This document shows, piece by piece, positions 54,498-56,523 of a stretch of DNA of 56,523 nt. The DNA lies in the NCBI GenBank assembly GCA_023129655.1, contig JAGMBN010000001.1, positions 1 to 56,523 of the forward strand. Reading direction: 5' to 3'. Below the pieces are notes generated by a model. It worked only from the letters and a program-made list of their open reading frames with translations. It made no database searches and was not told the origin of the DNA. A program made the translations under genes and the position numbers. Source of the stretch: a bacterium (lineage in GTDB: Bacteria > JAHJDO01). Position 1 is the first letter of the stretch. Each line of letters begins with the position of its first letter.

Positions 54498-55829
54498 ATG
54501 TCAAAATCAGCACACGAAGCTACCGGAAGCAAACCAACAAGTTCCAAGCCGGATGACGGCGTTACACTAAGAGTTCCCTACTCTTATTTTGGCGCAATGT
54601 ATGATAAAGAAGAGGAAAAAGCAGTTCTTGTGGCAATGAAGCAGGACAGGCAGACCAAAGGACCTCATCTGGAACAATTCCAAAAGGAGTTTGCAGGTAT
54701 GTGCGAAGTAAAACATGCTCTTGCAGCTTCTAACTGCACTACTGCAATGCACGCGGCAACCCAGGCATTTGGCATCAAACAAGGGGATGAAGTCATTATT
54801 ACACCAAACACATTTATTGCTACTTCTCTTGTGCTTTTAAAAGAGGGAGCTAGACCTGTCTATTCAGACATTGATCCAAAAACGTATAATATTGATCCAA
54901 AACAGATAGAAGAGAAGATAACGCCCAAAACAAAAGCAATTTATGTTGTTCACTACGGTGGGCAGATGTGTGATATGGATCCTATAATGGAAATTGCAAA
55001 AAAACATAATCTGTACGTTCTGGAAGACTGCGCGCATACACCTGGAGCAGAATACAAAGGAAGGAAAGCGGGAAGTATCGGAGATATGGGGTGCTTCAGC
55101 TTTCATTCATTGAAGAACATGACAACACTAGGCGAAGGAGGCATGGTTACAACCAATAATGACGAGATAGCGGCAAAAGTAGCAAGGCTTCGCGCAATGA
55201 ATACAGCGGCATGGGACTTCCCTGAAAAACAAAATACATTCAATTTCGCAGGATATACATTAACAAAAACAGGTATATCCGATTACTGGATTCCGTCTCA
55301 TCATGATGTGATAGATGATGATGGGAAATGGGGAAACAATTATAGAATGAATGAAACTCAGGCTGCAGTTGGTATATGCCAGCTAAAAAAGTTAAAATGG
55401 ATGAATGAAAAACGGAGGGAATTCGGACGCTATATCAATGAAGCAATAAAAGATATTGAAGGCATAACCCCAGTATATGAAGACCCAAACTGTTACCATG
55501 TTTATCATCTTTACACTCTTTGTGTTGAAGAAGAAATGGGTATAGAAAGAGATGCTTTTATGCGGATTCTTTATAGAGAGCATGGCATTCAGCCCATACT
55601 TCATTATCAGCCCACATATCACTATACCGGGTTAAAAAAGCTGGGTTATCCTGACAAGCTCTGTCCAGTTGCAGAAAAATTCTTTTACAAAAGAGAACTA
55701 AATCTTCCCATACATCCAAGATTAACTAAGGAAGACTGTAACATAATGATTGAAGGAATTAAGAAAGCTGCAGAAAAGGTGAGAAAGCAAATAGAGAATT
55801 TAGATGAGCATGGGCTCTTTTCTTCTTAA
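54498..55829 (+). CDS. second DegT/DnrJ/EryC1/StrS-family aminotransferase
   Basis: 443 aa. CFSFHSLKNMTTLGEGGMVTT contains the PLP lysine context. It has a longer N-terminus than the first copy. Confidence 0.85.
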   Translation: MSKSAHEATGSKPTSSKPDDGVTLRVPYSYFGAMYDKEEEKAVLVAMKQDRQTKGPHLEQFQKEFAGMCEVKHALAASNCTTAMHAATQAFGIKQGDEVIITPNTFIATSLVLLKEGARPVYSDIDPKTYNIDPKQIEEKITPKTKAIYVVHYGGQMCDMDPIMEIAKKHNLYVLEDCAHTPGAEYKGRKAGSIGDMGCFSFHSLKNMTTLGEGGMVTTNNDEIAAKVARLRAMNTAAWDFPEKQNTFNFAGYTLTKTGISDYWIPSHHDVIDDDGKWGNNYRMNETQAAVGICQLKKLKWMNEKRREFGRYINEAIKDIEGITPVYEDPNCYHVYHLYTLCVEEEMGIERDAFMRILYREHGIQPILHYQPTYHYTGLKKLGYPDKLCPVAEKFFYKRELNLPIHPRLTKEDCNIMIEGIKKAAEKVRKQIENLDEHGLFSS

Positions 55830-55932
55830 ACTTTTACTGCTCCCACCCGTTTTTGCTGATACATAGTTTTTCCCATTGAAATCGTCAACCAGCTTTTTTG
55901 CATTTTCGAATTGCAATTTAATAGAAAAAACA

Positions 55933-55960
55933 TTGACAAGCTAATATATAAATGTATTAT
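55933..55960 (+). promoter_or_regulatory. sigma70-type promoter of the vapBC-like pair
   Basis: TTGACA (55933-55938), 16-nt spacer, TATTAT (55955-55960). RBS AAAGGAGG lies at 55987-55994 before ATG 56002. Confidence 0.55.
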
Positions 55961-56001
55961 ATAAGTATACATTTTTTAAAAAGCTAAAAGGAGGTTGAAA
56001 C

Positions 56002-56247
56002 ATGGAAGCATCTATTATTGATCTTAGATATAAAATGAAAGATATTCTCAAGGCTCTTAACCGTAAAGAGAATGTAAAAATTCTCTATCACGGCAAAGAA
56101 AAAGGGATAATAATTCCCTTGAAAGAAAGAAGTAAAAAGAAGGTAATGGACTATCATTTCTATGGTATGTACAAAAAAGATAACTATGAGCAGACTGTTG
56201 CACAGCAGATACATTCTCTGCGTGGAGGCAGATACAATGATATTTGA
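56002..56247 (+). CDS. type II antitoxin (partner of the PIN toxin)
   Basis: 81 aa, strong RBS, and its 3' end overlaps the PIN-toxin ATG by 11 nt. The N-terminal region is Phd/YefM-like by eye. Confidence 0.55.
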   Translation: MEASIIDLRYKMKDILKALNRKENVKILYHGKEKGIIIPLKERSKKKVMDYHFYGMYKKDNYEQTVAQQIHSLRGGRYNDI

Positions 56248-56523
56248 TACTGATATTTTGATTTGGGTCCAGCGTGGCAATCAAGAAGCTGCCAGACTTA
56301 TTGATAAGACAGAAGACAGGATTATATCCGTGCAAACTTTTATGGAGCTTATGCAATGTCCATCTTCAAAAAAACAACATCAATATGTCAAAGATTTTCT
56401 TGCAGGAAATGATTTTCGCGTGCTTCCACTGACTGAGAATATCGGGCACAGAGCAGCTGTATATATTGAAGAGTATTCTTTAGCCACGGGTTTATTGGCA
56501 GGGGATGCCATTATTGCCGCAAC
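56237..56523 (+). CDS. PIN-domain toxin (VapC family), truncated by the window edge
   Basis: Not in the ORF track because it lacks a stop. It translates MIFDTDILIWVQRGNQEAARLIDK...QTFMELMQC...LLAGDAIIAA, with the acidic residues spaced as in VapC (DTD, E, D..IAA). Confidence 0.8.
   Translation, partial: MIFDTDILIWVQRGNQEAARLIDKTEDRIISVQTFMELMQCPSSKKQHQYVKDFLAGNDFRVLPLTENIGHRAAVYIEEYSLATGLLAGDAIIAA

Noticed and set aside
55830-55930. Minus-strand reading QFENAKKLVDDFNGKNYVSAKTGG, considered as a remnant of a small gene downstream of the second DegT gene
   Set aside because: It has no start codon or ORF of useful length, and I cannot recognise a family. It is not distinguishable from chance.
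1-56523. Search for mobile-element boundaries (integrase next to tRNA-Leu, transposases, long terminal or direct repeats flanking the GC-rich blocks)
   Set aside because: None of the ORFs looks like an integrase, transposase or recombinase. I found no long flanking repeats by eye. The GC-rich blocks are therefore reported only as compositional anomalies, not as defined islands.

Overview
This is an AT-rich, gene-dense 56.5-kb bacterial chromosomal window with about 60 supportable genes on both strands. I saw no rRNA, CRISPR array, transposase, integrase or phage structural genes.

Backbone content:
- 3' end of a 2-oxoacid dehydrogenase E2 and a secreted EEP-fold nuclease-like protein
- queE-queC-queF and tRNA-Leu(GAG)
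- folP-cdaA plus a short cdaR-like gene, a HIT protein, pdxJ, nnr and a DUF1844 protein
- recG, a LOG-family protein, tkt, a PPi-type-looking phosphofructokinase and a TPR protein
- a two-subunit ATP-citrate lyase chained to its own GntR regulator, placed head-to-head with aconitase-icd
- purH

Accessory content:
- three toxin-antitoxin or abortive-infection modules: Phd-RelE/ParE, AbiEi-AbiEii, and VapBC cut by the right edge
- a tandem HdrA-like flavoprotein pair with no other Hdr subunits
- several sugar-type clusters; parts of them (about 6.6-8.9 kb, 15.4-21.6 kb and 52.0-55.8 kb) look clearly GC-richer than the backbone in hand counts

The best candidate for an undescribed system is the PocR/AraC-headed operon at 44.1-55.8 kb. 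It encodes a Thr-type alkaline-phosphatase-fold enzyme, a Gfo/Idh/MocA dehydrogenase, two DegT aminotransferases, two PF04909-like amidohydrolases, a polytopic membrane protein and two adjacent ~585-aa homologs that I cannot assign to a family.

Several regulatory sites can be read directly: TTGACA-N16-TATAAT-type promoters, perfect palindromic GntR-type operators and an inverted repeat in front of AbiEi. There are also GC-rich nested-hairpin intergenic repeat elements.

All functional calls rest on motif recognition by eye in the supplied translations, not on database searches. The taxonomic origin is unknown; the gene repertoire is reminiscent of PVC-group or candidate-phylum genomes, at low confidence.
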